Assembly: GCA_030390025.1 (NCBI GenBank)
Contig: CM059441.1
Location: forward strand, 21,142,001-21,206,000
Direction of reading: 5' to 3'
Origin: Squalus acanthias
Taxonomy: Eukaryota
DNA length: 64,000 nt
Below are positions 40,801 to 52,639 of the stretch, in pieces. Position 1 is the stretch's first letter; each line of letters begins with the position of its first letter. Below the pieces are notes generated by a model that had not been told where the DNA came from, did no database searches, and was given only the letters and a program-made list of their open reading frames with translations. Position numbers and translations under genes: made by a program.

Positions 40801-43800
40801 CTACGTGTGATTTCACCAATCTTTTTCTCTTCACATATCTATAGAAGCTTTTACAGTCAGTTTTTATGTTCCCTGCAAGCTTACTCTCATATTCTATTTT
40901 CCCCCTCTTAATTAATCCCTTTGTCCTCCTTTGCTGAATCCTAAACTGCTCCCAATCTTCAGGTTTGCTGCTTTTTCTGGCCAATTTATATGTCCTCTCC
41001 TTGGATCTTCTGCTATCCCTAATTTCCCTTGTTAGCCACGGTTGAGTCACCTTTTTTGTTTTATTTTTATGCCAAACAGGGATGAACAAATTCTGTAGTT
41101 CATCCATGCGATCTTTAAATGTTTGCCATTGCCTATCCACCATCAACCCTTTAAGTAACGCTCCCCAATCCATCCTAGCCAACTTGCGCCTCATACCATC
41201 GTAGTTTCCTTTATTTAAATTCAGGATCCTAGTCTCTGATTCAACTACTTCACTCTACATCTTAATGAAGAATTCTATCATATTATGATCGCTCCTCCCC
41301 AAGGGGCCTCGCACAACAAGATTGCTAATTAATCCTTTCACATTACATAATACCCAGTCTAAGATGGCCTGATCTCTAGTTGGTTCCTCAACATATTGGT
41401 CCAGGAAACCATCCCATATACATTGTAGGAATTCCTCCTCCACATTATTGTTACTAATTTGATTAGCCCAATCTATATGTAGATTAAAGTCACCCATGAT
41501 AACTGCTGTGCCCTTATTGCACGCTTCTCTAACTTCCCGTTTAATGCCATCCCCAACCTCAGCATTACTGTTTGGGGGTCTGTATACAACTCCCACTGAT
41601 GTTTTCTGCCCCTTGGTATTTCTCAGCTCTACCCATACAGATTCCACATCATCAGAGCTAATATCCTTCCTTACTATTGTGTTAATCTCCTCTTTAACCA
41701 GCAATGCTACCCCACCTCATTTTCCTTTTTGCCTGTCCTTCCTGAATATTGAATACCCCTGGATGTTGAAATCCCAGCATCGGTCACCCTGGAGCCATGT
41801 CTCCGTAATCCCAATTATATCATATCCGTATACATCTATTTGCACAGCTAATTCATCCACCTTATTACGAATGTTCCTCGCATTAAGACACAAAGGGGGA
41901 AAAATTCAGTTGGTTGCGCCTCCTGTTAGCGCCTTAAGAGGGCGCTAATGGGGCGCAAAGCATCTAGCGCACAGGCGCGGCAATGTTTGCGCCGCTCGCG
42001 AAATTAACGACACATTTTGTGGCGGCGCTAAACACTACCGCCACGATCTCCTGCGCCGGCAGTTCGTGACGTCAGTCGAGTGCGCAACGCCCCGGTATCG
42101 CCCCGGAGCAGATATTGAGTGGCGCCCCCTGCCTTACCGCCTGACGCTAGCAACGACAGGTTGAGGGGGGCGAATTGCAGTCATGAAGGGACTGGGGGAG
42201 CGCTATTTAAAGACGACCGCTTCCTGCCTTTCATTGTTGGTGCCATTTTTGAACCACGCATTCTGAGAGAGAGAGAGAGAGACTTCTGGAGAGCTTCAAC
42301 GCTGTGTGAAGGAGTTTTGGGTACTGAGCAGCACTTTGCAGGTTCATTTTGACTTGCCATTCCTTGTATCGATTTAGAAGAGACTGTGGGGGCTGCACTC
42401 TGAGCTCTTTGCCTGGTACTCTCCATTGTTCTTTCCAGCAGGTTTGATGTGCAGGTCTCTCCAGGCAGAGATTCAAGGCTGCAATGAGCAGGATGTGGAT
42501 GGAAAGCAAGATCAACCATCCCCTTTAAGAACTGGCCGGTGCCATTGTGTGTGTGTTCCATTGCTGACTGACATCACATGAGCTTCGCCAGCGCTCTGAT
42601 TTAGCGCTCCAATCACCTCCAGGGGCGATAAAAGTCAAGTTTGCAGTCGGTGGCGATAATTAGCGCCAGCCGCTAATCTTTGCGCCCGGCAGATAATTGC
42701 GCCCCAAATGGGGTGATACTGAATTTCTCCCCCAAAGCATTCAGGCTTGTTTTTTTAACACTCTTAGTCCTTTTAGAATTATTATTTACTGTAGCCCTGT
42801 TTGATTTACACCCTTGATTTCTCTGCCTTCCACGTTTGCTTTTCTCCTTCCTGTCTTTTGTTTCTATCCTTCTAAGTTTGACTATGAAGATCATCTGAAT
42901 ATAAAATCCATATAGTGCATGAAACTGTTGTTGCTTCTATTTGTTCAGGTGTCACCAGGTATTCTTTTGTTCTGTTTTTTGTCTGTGAAACTTACCACTC
43001 ATTAAAATGGCTCAGTTGCTAGCACACTCGCCTTCTGGCAGAAGGTTGTGGATTCACGCCCCACTCCAGAGACTTGAGCGTAATATCTACACTGACACTC
43101 CAGTGCAGTACTGAGGGAGTGCTGCGCTGTCGGGGGTGCTGTCTTTCAGATCTTTCAGGTCTTCTTTGACAGCACCTCTCAAACCCGCAACCTCTACCAC
43201 CTAGAAGGACAAGGGCAGCAGGCGCATGGGAACACCACCACCTCCAAGATTCCCCTCCAAATCACACACCATCCTGACTTAGAAGTATATCGCTGATCCT
43301 TCATCGTCGCTGGATCAAAATCCTGGAACTCCCATCCCTAACAGCACTGTGGGAGCACCTTCACCACAGGGACTGCAGTGGTTCAAGAAGGTGGCTCCCC
43401 ATCACCTTCTCAAGGTTCACTTAGGGATGGGCAATAAATGCTGGCCTTGCCAACAATGCCCACATCCCAGGAACGAATAAAAAAAAGGATGAGACTTTAT
43501 ACCAAGGGCCCATCTGCCCTCTCAGGTGGATGTAACAGATCCTGTGGCAATATTCGAACAAGAGCAGGGGCGTTCTCCTTAGAGGCCTGGCCAATATTTA
43601 TCCCTTAACCAACACCACTAAAAAAAACACATTATCTGGTCACGATCATATTGCTGTTTGTGGGACCTTGCTGTGCGCAAATTGAATGCCACATTTCCTA
43701 TATTACAGCAGTACATTCAAAAGTACTTCATTGGCTGTAAAGCGCTTTGGGATGTCCTGAGGCCGTGAAAGGTGCTATATAAATGCAAGTTCTTTCTTTA

Positions 43801-46800
43801 AACAAATGGCCAAGAATCAATTGAGAACCAGTGCTGACCCTTTCCTATTCTCTATACCACAGCCTGATTTATATTGTGCTCGGTGTGCTGGGGGCCCTTA
43901 TTGTTGTGCTTGCTGTTTCTCTACTTTTCTACCGGATGCAAAACAACAAGGGTGAGTTTCTATTTTTCTTCAATCATTTCATGTTATGTCAATAGTTTGC
44001 TGCAGAATATGAAGAGAACATAAGTTTGTTGTAATCAACAAGCACCTACGATTGTAATATACTGCACATTCTAATCTCGATGTATAAAACAGGGAAGAAT
44101 AATTAAGTTGTTACTCTTGCTAGGTAACAGCCAATATTCCCCTGAGCTCTGCAGGAAGCAAAATTGCACATGGGTTTAGAATGATAGAGGTGTATGACAG
44201 GAAGTGATTCGGTAGAAGTGAGATTTAGATGGGCCTTGGTCTTTCAACTATAAGACTGAGCTGTTGGGTCGCGGCTGTTGTAATTGAAAGTGTTCAGGAT
44301 TTAATCAGCTAAATTTCTCTGATTCGACCCAATTGCAATAAGTTGCAGTCAAATACAAGACATTTTAGAGAATTAGTTAGGGAGTCAGATGACCAATATT
44401 GGACTGGTTACTGTTTACTCAAGCAGATTCTCGATTCTCTGTGGGACTGGCTGCTGTAAGAGTAAAATCGAATGCGGTTTGGCTTCTTTTTGTAATTAGC
44501 TCTGTTTCAGACCAAGCCACTCCGTCCCCTAGTCATACAACGGGAAATGTTTCAGTGAGTGATCTTTCAGTATGAGTGCATACAGCATGTAAACCAAACT
44601 CCTGTCAGCAATAACTTAAGGCAGTCATGAATGCTCGCATGAATTTGCTGAGAGCACCTTGAGCACTCGTACAAAAAAAGTTGCAGCTCAAAAGATTTTC
44701 CGTGTGATATTTTGGATTAGAACATCGGTTCAAATTTGATTGATTATCTGAAGCCAAAGCTTTGTACGGCGGGAATCCAGATGACTTTGGCTTTGATGTC
44801 TGAACTAAAAAATTCAGATGTGAAATTCCAAAGGCTGAGCCCTAAAGATGACACGTGCTGGCTGGGATGTTCCGGCTTGGCAGCTAAAGCTGAGACAACA
44901 CTACAAGAAGTTTATAAAAGTTAATAAAATCCACAATCTTCTCATTTTTCACCCATTGTTACTGTTTTTAAATAGAATCATAGAATGGTTGCAGCACAGA
45001 AGGAAGCCAATTGGCCTGTCAATCCCATGCAAGAGCACTTCAGATAGTCCCACTCCCCCACCCTTTCCCCATAGGCCTGCAAATTTTATTTCTTCAGGTA
45101 CTTATCCAATTCCCTTTTGAAAGCCACGATTCAGTCTGCCTCCACCGCCCTTTCAGGTAGTGCATTCCAGATACCCACCACTTGCTGCGTAAAAATGTTA
45201 TTCCTCATGTCGCCTTTGGTTCTTCTGCCAATCACCTTAAATCTGTATCCTCTGGTGCTCAAGTAATGGGTCCTCTAAGAAAGAGTGATCATAACATGGT
45301 TGAATTTCAAATTCAGTTGGAGGGTGAGAAAGTTGTATCTCAAACCAGTATCCTGATCTTAAACAAAGGCAATTACAATGGCATGAGGGCAGAACTGGTT
45401 AAAGTGGACTGGGAAAATAAATTAAAAGGTAAGACAGTTGAAATACAGTGGTGGACATTTAAGGAGATATTTTATAACTCTCAACAAAAATATATTCCAG
45501 TGAGACAGAAAGATTTTAAGAGATGGGAGCACTATCCGTGGCTAACTAAGGAAGTAAAGGATGGTATCAAATTGAAAACAAAGGCATACAATGTTGCCAA
45601 GATTGGTGGGAGGCCAGAGGATTGGGAAATTTTAAAAACCAGCAAAGGATGACTAAAAAAATAATAAAGAGAGAGAAGATGAATTATGAGAGTAAACTGG
45701 CAAGAAATATTAAAACAGAAAGTAAGAGCTTCTACAGATATATAAAAAGGAAGAGAGTAGCTAAAGTAAATGTTGGTCCCTTAGGGGATGAGAATGGGGA
45801 ATTAATAACGGGGAACAGGGAAATGGCAGAGACTCTGAACAAATATTTTGATCTGTCTTCATGGTAGAAGACACTAACAACATCCCAATAATGGACAATC
45901 AAGGAGCCACAGGGAGGGGGGAGCTAATGACAATCACTATCACTGAGGAAAAAGTACTTGGTAAAATAATGGGATTAAAAGACGACAAGTCCCCTGGACT
46001 AGATGGCCTGCATCCCAGGGTCTTAAACGAAGTGGCTGCAGAGATAGTGGTTGCATTGGTTGCAATATACGAAAATTCCCTGGACTCTGCAGAGGTCCCA
46101 GCGGATTGGAAAGCCGCAAATGTAACACCCCTATTTAAGAAAGGAGGGAGACAGAAAGCAGGAAACTATAGACCAGTTAGCCTAACATCTGTCGTTGGGA
46201 AAATGCTTGAGTCCTTCATGAAGGAAGCAGTAGCAGGGCATTTGGAAAATCATAATGCAGTCAAGCAGAGTCAGCATGGTTTTATGAAAGGGAAATCATG
46301 TTTAACAAATTTGCTGGAGTTCTTTGAGGTAACGAGCAGGGTGGACAAAGGTGAACCAGTAGATGTTGTGTATTTGGATTTCCAGAAGGCATTCGATAAG
46401 GTGCCACATAAAAGGTTACTGCATAAGGTAAGAGCTCACGGAGTTGGGGTAATATATTAGCATGGATAGAGAATTGGCTAACTAACAGAAAGCAGAGTGT
46501 CGGGATAAATGGGTCATTTGGCAAATGGTAACTAGTGGGGTGCCGCAGGGATCGGTGCTGGGGCCTCAACTATTTACAATCTACATTAATGACTTGGATG
46601 AAGTGACCGAGTGTAATGTAGCCAAGTTTGCGGATGATACGAAGATGGGTGGGAAAGCAAGTTGTGCAGAGGACTCAAAGAATCTGCAAAGGGATATAGA
46701 CAGGCTAAGTGAGTGGGCAAACATTTGGCAGATGGAGTGTAATGTGGGAAAGTACGAGGTTATCCACTTTGGCATGAAAAAAGAAGCAAATTATTATTTA

Positions 46801-49800
46801 AATGGAGTGAGATTACAAAATGCTGCAGTTCAGAGGGACCTGGGGGTCCTTGTGCATGAAACACAAAAAGTTAGCATGCAGGTGCAGCAAGTAATCAAAA
46901 AGGCAAATGGAATGTTGGAGTTGGGGGTTGGAGTATAAAAGCAGGGAAGTTCTGCTACAACAGTACAGGGTATTGGTGAGACCACACCTTGAGTACTGCG
47001 TACAGTTTTGGTCTCCTTATTTAAGGAAGGATATACTTGCATTGGAGGCAGTTCAGAGACGATTCACACGGTTGATTCCTGAGATGAGGGGGTTGACTTA
47101 TGAAGAAAGGTTGAGCTGGTTGGGCCTATACTCATTGGAATTTAGAAGAATGAGAGGTGATCTAATTGAAACATATAAGATACTGAGGGGGCTCGAGAAG
47201 GTAGATGCAGAGAGGATGTTTCCCCTCGTGGGGAAATCTCGAACTCGGGGGCATAGTTTCAGAATAAAGGGTCGCCCTTTTAGAACTGAGATGAGGAGGA
47301 ATTTCTTCTCTCAGAGGGTCGTAAGTCTGTGGAATTCTCTGCCCCAGAGAGCCGTGGAGGCTGGGTCATTAAATACATTTAAGGTGGAGATAGACAGATT
47401 TTTACAAGATAAGGGAGTGAAGGGTTATGGGGAGTGGGCTGGGAAGTGGCTTTGAGCCCAAGATCAGCCATGATCTTATTGAATGGCAGAGCAGGTTCAA
47501 GGGGCCAAGTCGCCTATTCCTGCTCCCTATTTCTTATGTTCTTATGTTCTTAATAGAAGTTTTCAAAGATATGAATGGTTCTGAGCGAGTGAATAGGGAA
47601 AAATGATTTTGTCTGGTTGAGGAGTCGGTGATGAGGGGATCATCAATTTAAAATTGTTACCAGGAGAGTGAGGAGAAAGGTTAGGAGACGGTTCTTTATT
47701 CAGAGGGTTATTGGAGCATGGAATGCTTTGTCACAGGGAGTGGTAAAGACCCTTGGATCTTTTAAAGGGAAATTGGCTAATGAATTGAAGCAGAGGGATA
47801 TACAGAGCATTGAAGAGCGGGCAAAGGCATTAGCATTAGTTTTGGATTGCTACCCACTGAGCCAATGGCTGACTCTGAGTTCTCCCTGTGATGAATTGAT
47901 TGGCCTGCCACTGATGGCACAACAGATCAGGAGATCATTTTCAGGGTAGAATTGATCAGTCTTTGTGTTGCAAAGCCCTAAATACATGGGAGGCTAATTT
48001 ACACCTTCACATCTTGGGCGATAATCTGACAGAGCACCTCGTAGAAATCAACGGGATGAAAATCAGGTTCTACAACAGGCAGGTGATCTGCTGCATCAGA
48101 CGGTGAGAGTGAAAGTTACCTCCATTCTTTCTGAATATTATGCATAATAACCAGAGCAGTTTTACGCTCTATGTAGGGAATCATGGGTGCAATGCAGATG
48201 AGGTTCACATGAATGTAGATCTATGTAAGGCTGTGTACGCTGAAACACATGCTCAGTTTGGACATTTTAAACATATTAATCACTCCTGTTTTAGCTTTCA
48301 ACAGTAACATTGTAATTTTTCAGATTCAAACTGCATAATATGTCGTGGAGGAGACGACACTCTTAATGATAATCAGGTAAGGATATTAAGTATGAATTCA
48401 CTGAACAATGTTTTGAAATTTGCAAAACTGGATTACATTGAATTACATAGAATTTACAGCACAGAAACAGGCCATTCGGCCCAACTGGTCTATGTGGCGT
48501 TTATGCTCCACCCGAGCCTCCACCCACCCATCTTCATCTAACCCGATCAGCATATCCTTCTATTCCCCTTAAATGCGTCTGCGCTACTCGCCTTAGCTAC
48601 TCCTTGGATTGGCTACAACCTTTAATATCATTACTGATGGGCACAAAGGGAGGTTGGCCTTGGCTCTACTGTTAGAAATGAGCCTTTGTTAATTGTTTAA
48701 CCCGGTCTTTGGATTTGATGACCTAGAAACATAGAAGATAGGAGCAGGAGTAGGCCATTCGGCCCCTCGAGCCTGCTCCAACATTTAATGAGATCATGGC
48801 TGATCATCCAAATTCAGTACCCTGTCCCTGCTTTCTGCCCATATCCCTTGGTCCCTTTAGCCTTAAGAAATATATCTAACTCCTTCTTGAATATATTTAA
48901 TGAATTGGCCTCAACTGCCTTCTGTGGTAGAGAATTCCACAGGTTCACCACTATCTGGGTGAAGAAATTCCTCCTCATCTCAGTCCTAAATGGCTTACCC
49001 CTTATCCTTAGACTGTGACCTCTGGTTCTGGACTCCCCCGCCATCGGGAACAACTTTCCTGAATCTAGTCTGTCTAGTCCTGTTAGAATTTTATAAGTTT
49101 CAATGAGATCCCCTCTCATTCTTCTAAACTCTAGCCAATACAAGCCCAATCGTCCCAATCTCTCTTCATACGTCATTCCTGCCATCCCAGGTATCGGTCT
49201 GGTGAATCTTCGCTGCACTCCCTCCATGGCAAGAACATCCTTCCTCAGATAAGGCGACCAAAACTGCACACAATACTCACGGTGTGGTCTCACCAAGGCC
49301 CTGTACAACTGCAGCAACACATCCTTGCTCCTATACTCGAATCCTCTCGCTATGAAGGCCAACATACCATTTGCCTTCTTAACCGTCTGCTGCACCTGCA
49401 TGCTTACCTTCAACGACTGGTGCACAAGGACTCCCAGATCTCGTTGCACTTCCCCTTTTCCCCTTTTCTCAGTCTACATTTTCATACAGTCCTGTAACGG
49501 CCCAAGTACTAATTGAAAAACTGAAACAAGCTTTTAAGAACAGGAACAGGTCATCAGGCCCAACCAGCCCATTTGTTCTGTTCTCTAAGGTTGACCTCAC
49601 CGACCCACTTTCTCACTATGTCTGTCAATGCTTTCCCACTCCAAAATGCATCTTATTGACTCTTAAATCTATTCATCAATAGTCTTTCCCAGTAATATTT
49701 TCCACAACTCTATTGAGTACAGAAAGTTTGAACTGACATGAAATCTTACTAATTTCAACTTGACATCCCAAGAATTTGAACCTTTTGCCAGAGTGAATTT

Positions 49801-52591
49801 TTGACTGGGTCAATTTTATTAATTAGCTTCATAATCTTAAACAGTTCAATTTCATCACCTGTCACTCTTCATGTCTAAAGACTGTACTATACCAGTGAGG
49901 ATGTTACAAATTTCAGATTTGCCATAGATATTCTCTCATGTTAGCATCACCAGTCTCTCCCATAAGTGGAACCACATACCTTACGATCTGGAGTTTACTT
50001 TAGCTATGCAATATATCTAGATGTACGACAACATAACAATGAGACCCCCCCCCCACCCCCCGCCCCCCGCCCCCCGCCCCCCCACCCCCCGGCCCCCGCC
50101 CCCCACTTGTTATATGAACTGGATGTTGTCATCCTTTACTTGGGCTTCTCCAGTCTTCTGCTAGGTGGACTGATTGACCTCATCTCCCCGAAGAGTCAAC
50201 ATAAAATACAAGACAGTAGTTTATTTTGGAGAATGCACATAGCTGAACAAAGTCGCATTTCCAGACTTGAACTTCATCTATAATGCTTCACATAACCTAC
50301 AAAACAACAGACACACTGCGCTATCCCCAACAGGGGGCTAAATGCTCAGTTTTGTTTCCCTTTGTGAGACAAACAGCACAGCACCTAGACTGTTGAGAAC
50401 CTTGTGACCCAGGAGGGTGAAGCCTCAAAGTTTTAAAATATTTTTGAACTAGTGACCCTCTATTGGCATTCGCCAAAGTACGTCAAGAGCAGGGCTCTGG
50501 TTAAATGTGGCCTGGAACATGACAGCCCAATGTTGACAGTGGTAAATAAGGAATTCCCAAATGTTGTCCTGGAATGATGATATAAAAGCATTACTCAGAA
50601 ATTGTAAAACTGGAAATTAGATTTTTGGGCCAGTAAGTTGCACGTGCATTATTTTAACATCTTAACCTCCTCCAGTTCTACAACTCTCCAAGAACTCTGC
50701 GTTCCTCCAACTCTGGCGTTCTGCAACCCCCATTCCCTTAACCCCACCATTGGTGGATTTGACTTCAGACACCTCGGCCCCAAGCTCGGGAATTCTCTCC
50801 CTAAACCTCTCCGCTGCTCTCTCCTCCTTTAAGATGCTCCTCAAAATCTTTTTGCCTTAAAACCTTAAAAGTTTTTTGGTCACCTGCCCTAATGTCTCCT
50901 CTTTGGCTTGGTTTCAATTTTTAACTGATTACACTCCTGTGAAGCACCATGGGACGTTTTACTACATTGAAGGCGCTACATGAATGTACGTTGTTGTTGT
51001 AAATATTGATGTAGTGAATATTGATTTAGGATCATAGAGTCATAGAGTCATAACGGCACAGAAGGAGGCCATTCGGCCCATCGAATCCGTGCCGGCACTC
51101 TGCAGAGCAATCCAGTTGGTCCCATTCCCCCGCTCTATCCCCGTAGCCCTGCAAGTTTATTTCCCTCAAGTGCCTATCCAGTCTCCCCTTGAAAACATTG
51201 AGTGTCGTCGCTTTCACCACTTCCATCGGCAGCGAGTTCCAGGTCATCACCACTCGCTGCATAAAAAAGTTTTTCCTCACATCCCCCCTGTATCTCTTGC
51301 CCAAAACCGTAAATCTGTGTCCTCTAGTCCTTGTAAATCAACTAGTGGGAACAGCCTTTCCCCGTCTAGCCTATCCAAACCCGTCATAATCTTGTACACC
51401 TCCATCTAATCCCCCCTCAACCTCCTTTGCTCTCATGAAAACAAATCCAGCTTCTCCAACCTGTCCTTGTAGCTAAGATTCCCACATCCCCGGAACCATT
51501 CTGGTAAATCACCTCTGCACCCTCTCAAGTGCCTTCACATCCTTCCTAAAGTGTGGTGACCCGAACTGGACACAATACTCCAGTTGTGGCCTAACCAACG
51601 CTTTATAAAGGTTCAGCATAACTTCTCTACATTTGTACTCAATACCTCTATTTATGAAGCCCTGCTATGTCACCTATGAGGTGGTGATATGTAAGGTGTT
51701 ATCATACTCTCTTGGAAAATTAAAAACTTATGGAAAGATTGAACAGGCTTGGGCACTTTTCTGAAAAGACACGATTGAGGGGTGACCTGATAGAGATCTT
51801 CAAGATTATGAAAGGGTTTGATAGTGTAGACGTAGAGAAGATGTTTCCACTTGTGGGCGAGACCACAACTAGGGGCAATAACTACAAGATAGTCACTAAT
51901 AAATCCAATAGGGAATTCAGCAGAAACTTCTTTACCCAGAGACTGGTCAGAATGGGGAACTCGCTACCACAGGGAGTAGTTGAGGCGAATAGCATAGAGG
52001 CATTTAAGGGGAAGCTAAACAAGCACATGGGGGAGAAAGGAATAGAAGGATATGTTGATGGGGTGAGATGACGAGGGGAGGAAGGAGGCTCATGTGGAGC
52101 ATGGACCAGTTGGGCCGAATGGCCTGTTTCAGTGCTGTAAATAATTTGTCGTACTTTGTAATACTTTGTAAACTGATTTGTAGCAATCTAGAAATAGATT
52201 TCTCCTCATAACAGCACAAATCATCATTCAAGTTAATCAGAAATAAATTGGATCTTGTATTATTTTATTTTAGCAATTGACAGCAGCAGAAGGCAGCACT
52301 TTATACGCAAGTGTAAAGCACATTCGATGTAGCTCAGCAGAAACGCCCAGCGAGGGAACTGCCCAGTTGAGTAACGACGAAAATGAAATCACGTATGCAA
52401 GAGTGCAGTTTCAAAAGAAACCGGCAGCACGGGGCGGTGAGGTGGCAAGGCACTCAGTTAACAACGAGGACAGTGTCACCTACAGTGGAATCAAGATTCA
52501 AAGCCAGCCCCCAAAGAACAATAGAGAACCTCCATCACTTGATACTCCACAGGACTCTGAAATGGCAATTTATGCTAACGCTAGATCTTAG
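22824..52591 (+). CDS. CD300/pIgR-like (CMRF35-like, MDIR-type) inhibitory Ig receptor; exons 22824-22860, 25783-26104, 31051-31374, 32796-32916, 43863-43951, 48324-48376, 52274-52591; net +1 frameshift in exon 2
   Basis: All junctions are GT-AG. Signal peptide [16 protein letters not shown]; V domain (C-x-[13 protein letters not shown]); C2 domain; S/T stalk; uncharged TM; tail with four Tyr motifs. About 420 aa if the frameshift is repaired. Confidence 0.88.
23790..24190 (-). mobile_element. Degenerate CR1 ORF1 (esterase) fragment
   Basis: [15 protein letters not shown]...[17 protein letters not shown]. Confidence 0.65.
24480..25241. mobile_element. Harbinger-type MITE (GGCCC family) inserted in a SINE
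   Basis: GGCCCAAAATTTGCGA and TCGCAAAATACGGCC ends; TSD AAT; homologous to 38308-39031. Confidence 0.82.
25783..26104 (+). CDS. Receptor exon 2, CD300/pIgR-type V-set Ig domain
   Basis: tctcttcag| acceptor; [34 protein letters not shown]. The G-strand VKLQISY lies in the +1 frame before |GTACAT. Exon length 322 nt. Confidence 0.88.
27077..28083 (-). mobile_element. Short SINE: degenerate tRNA-Lys(UUU) head plus CR1 3' tail, split by a MITE
   Basis: Minus strand reads GCCCGGATAGCTCAGTTGGTAGAGCATC...GAGGGTCCAGAGTT[MITE]CAAGTCCCTGTTGAGGCG, then a CR1-like tail ending ATTCTATG repeats. Confidence 0.78.
27167..28025 (-). mobile_element. Internal-deletion derivative (MITE) of Harbinger family A
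   Basis: Both ends match 5334-13826; TSD TTG/TTC; inverted relative to 41895-42733. Confidence 0.88.
30345..30592 (+). mobile_element. CR1 3'-end fragment
   Basis: ttcttcacacaaagggtc...aatggcctcctcccctttctatgttc. Confidence 0.7.
31051..31374 (+). CDS. Receptor exon 3, C2-type Ig domain
   Basis: ttcccacag| to |GTAAGT, 324 nt, phase 1-1; [19 protein letters not shown]...YYCTASN. Confidence 0.9.
31615..32344. mobile_element. Harbinger-type MITE
   Basis: GGGGGAGAAATTCG and CGAATTTCTTGCCC ends; TSD ACA/ACC; related partial copy at 54804. Confidence 0.8.
32796..32916 (+). CDS. Receptor exon 4, Ser/Thr-rich stalk
   Basis: [40 protein letters not shown]; phase 1 to 2. Confidence 0.8.
33115..36850 (-). 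mobile_element. Near-full-length degenerate CR1 LINE (ORF1 esterase, APE, RT)
   Basis: [11 protein letters not shown]; [17 protein letters not shown]; RT motifs; CATAGAAA-type tail. Confidence 0.9.
37990..38160. repeat. Short imperfect palindromic interspersed-repeat-like sequence
   Basis: TGCTGGAAACACACAGCAGGTC and GACCTGCTGAGTGTTTCCAGCA form inverted arms. Family not determined. Confidence 0.55.
38308..39031. mobile_element. Harbinger-type MITE (GGCCC family) in a CR1 tail
   Basis: GGCCCAGAAATTCCG and CGGAATTTCTGCCTC ends; internal similarity to 24480-25241. Confidence 0.78.
41895..42733 (+). mobile_element. Internal-deletion derivative (MITE) of Harbinger family A
   Basis: TIRs GGGGGAAAAATTCAGT and ACTGAATTTCTCCCCC; TSD AAA. 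Confidence 0.9.
43010..43800 (+). mobile_element. SINE containing a nested non-LTR 3'-end fragment (about 43160-43485)
   Basis: tRNA-like head, SINE body and tail gctatataaatgcaagttctttc; the nested segment ends gaacgaataaaaaaaa. Confidence 0.6.
43863..43951 (+). CDS. Receptor exon 5, transmembrane segment
   Basis: [29 protein letters not shown]; ccacag| to |GTGAGT; phase 2 to 1. Confidence 0.88.
44970..47830 (+). mobile_element. CR1 cluster: minus-strand 3' end (44970-45265), long + ORF2 copy (45265-47550) and a further fragment
   Basis: SDHNMVEF and RT motifs; CTTATGTT tail. Confidence 0.85.
48324..48376 (+). CDS. Receptor exon 6, juxtamembrane cytoplasmic segment
   Basis: tttttcag| [18 protein letters not shown] |GTAAGG; phase 1 to 0 links exons 5 and 7. 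Confidence 0.8.
48725..49460 (-). mobile_element. 5'-truncated CR1
   Basis: ORF 48814-49449; very similar to 39032-39760. Confidence 0.88.
50045..50104. repeat. C-rich low-complexity tract (G-quadruplex-prone on the minus strand)
   Basis: Multiple long C runs. Confidence 0.8.
50660..52145. mobile_element. L2 3' end (+, 50660-51000), CR1 (-, 51030-51660) and CR1 (+, 51725-52145) fragments
   Basis: Characteristic tails and RT C-terminal motifs. Confidence 0.75.
52274..52591 (+). CDS. Receptor exon 7, signalling tail
   Basis: ttattttag| then TLYASV (ITSM), ITYARV (ITIM), VTYSGI (ITIM-like), IYAN; ends in TAG. Confidence 0.88.
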   Translation, partial: QLTAAEGSTLYASVKHIRCSSAETPSEGTAQLSNDENEITYARVQFQKKPAARGGEVARHSVNNEDSVTYSGIKIQSQPPKNNREPPSLDTPQDSEMAIYANARS

Positions 52592-52639
52592 GAAAACCAT
52601 TCATGTGGTACATGTGTTGCTTATTGTTTTACTTTGCCT

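Larger units (their letters stand above)
38285..42870 (-). mobile_element. CR1 LINE ORF2 (APE+RT) carrying two MITE insertions
   Basis: ORFs 41255-41704, 40640-41194, 39541-40452 and 39115-39366. Confidence 0.9.

Noticed and set aside
49966-50283. Proline-rich ORF
   Set aside because: Artefact of the intronic poly-C tract.
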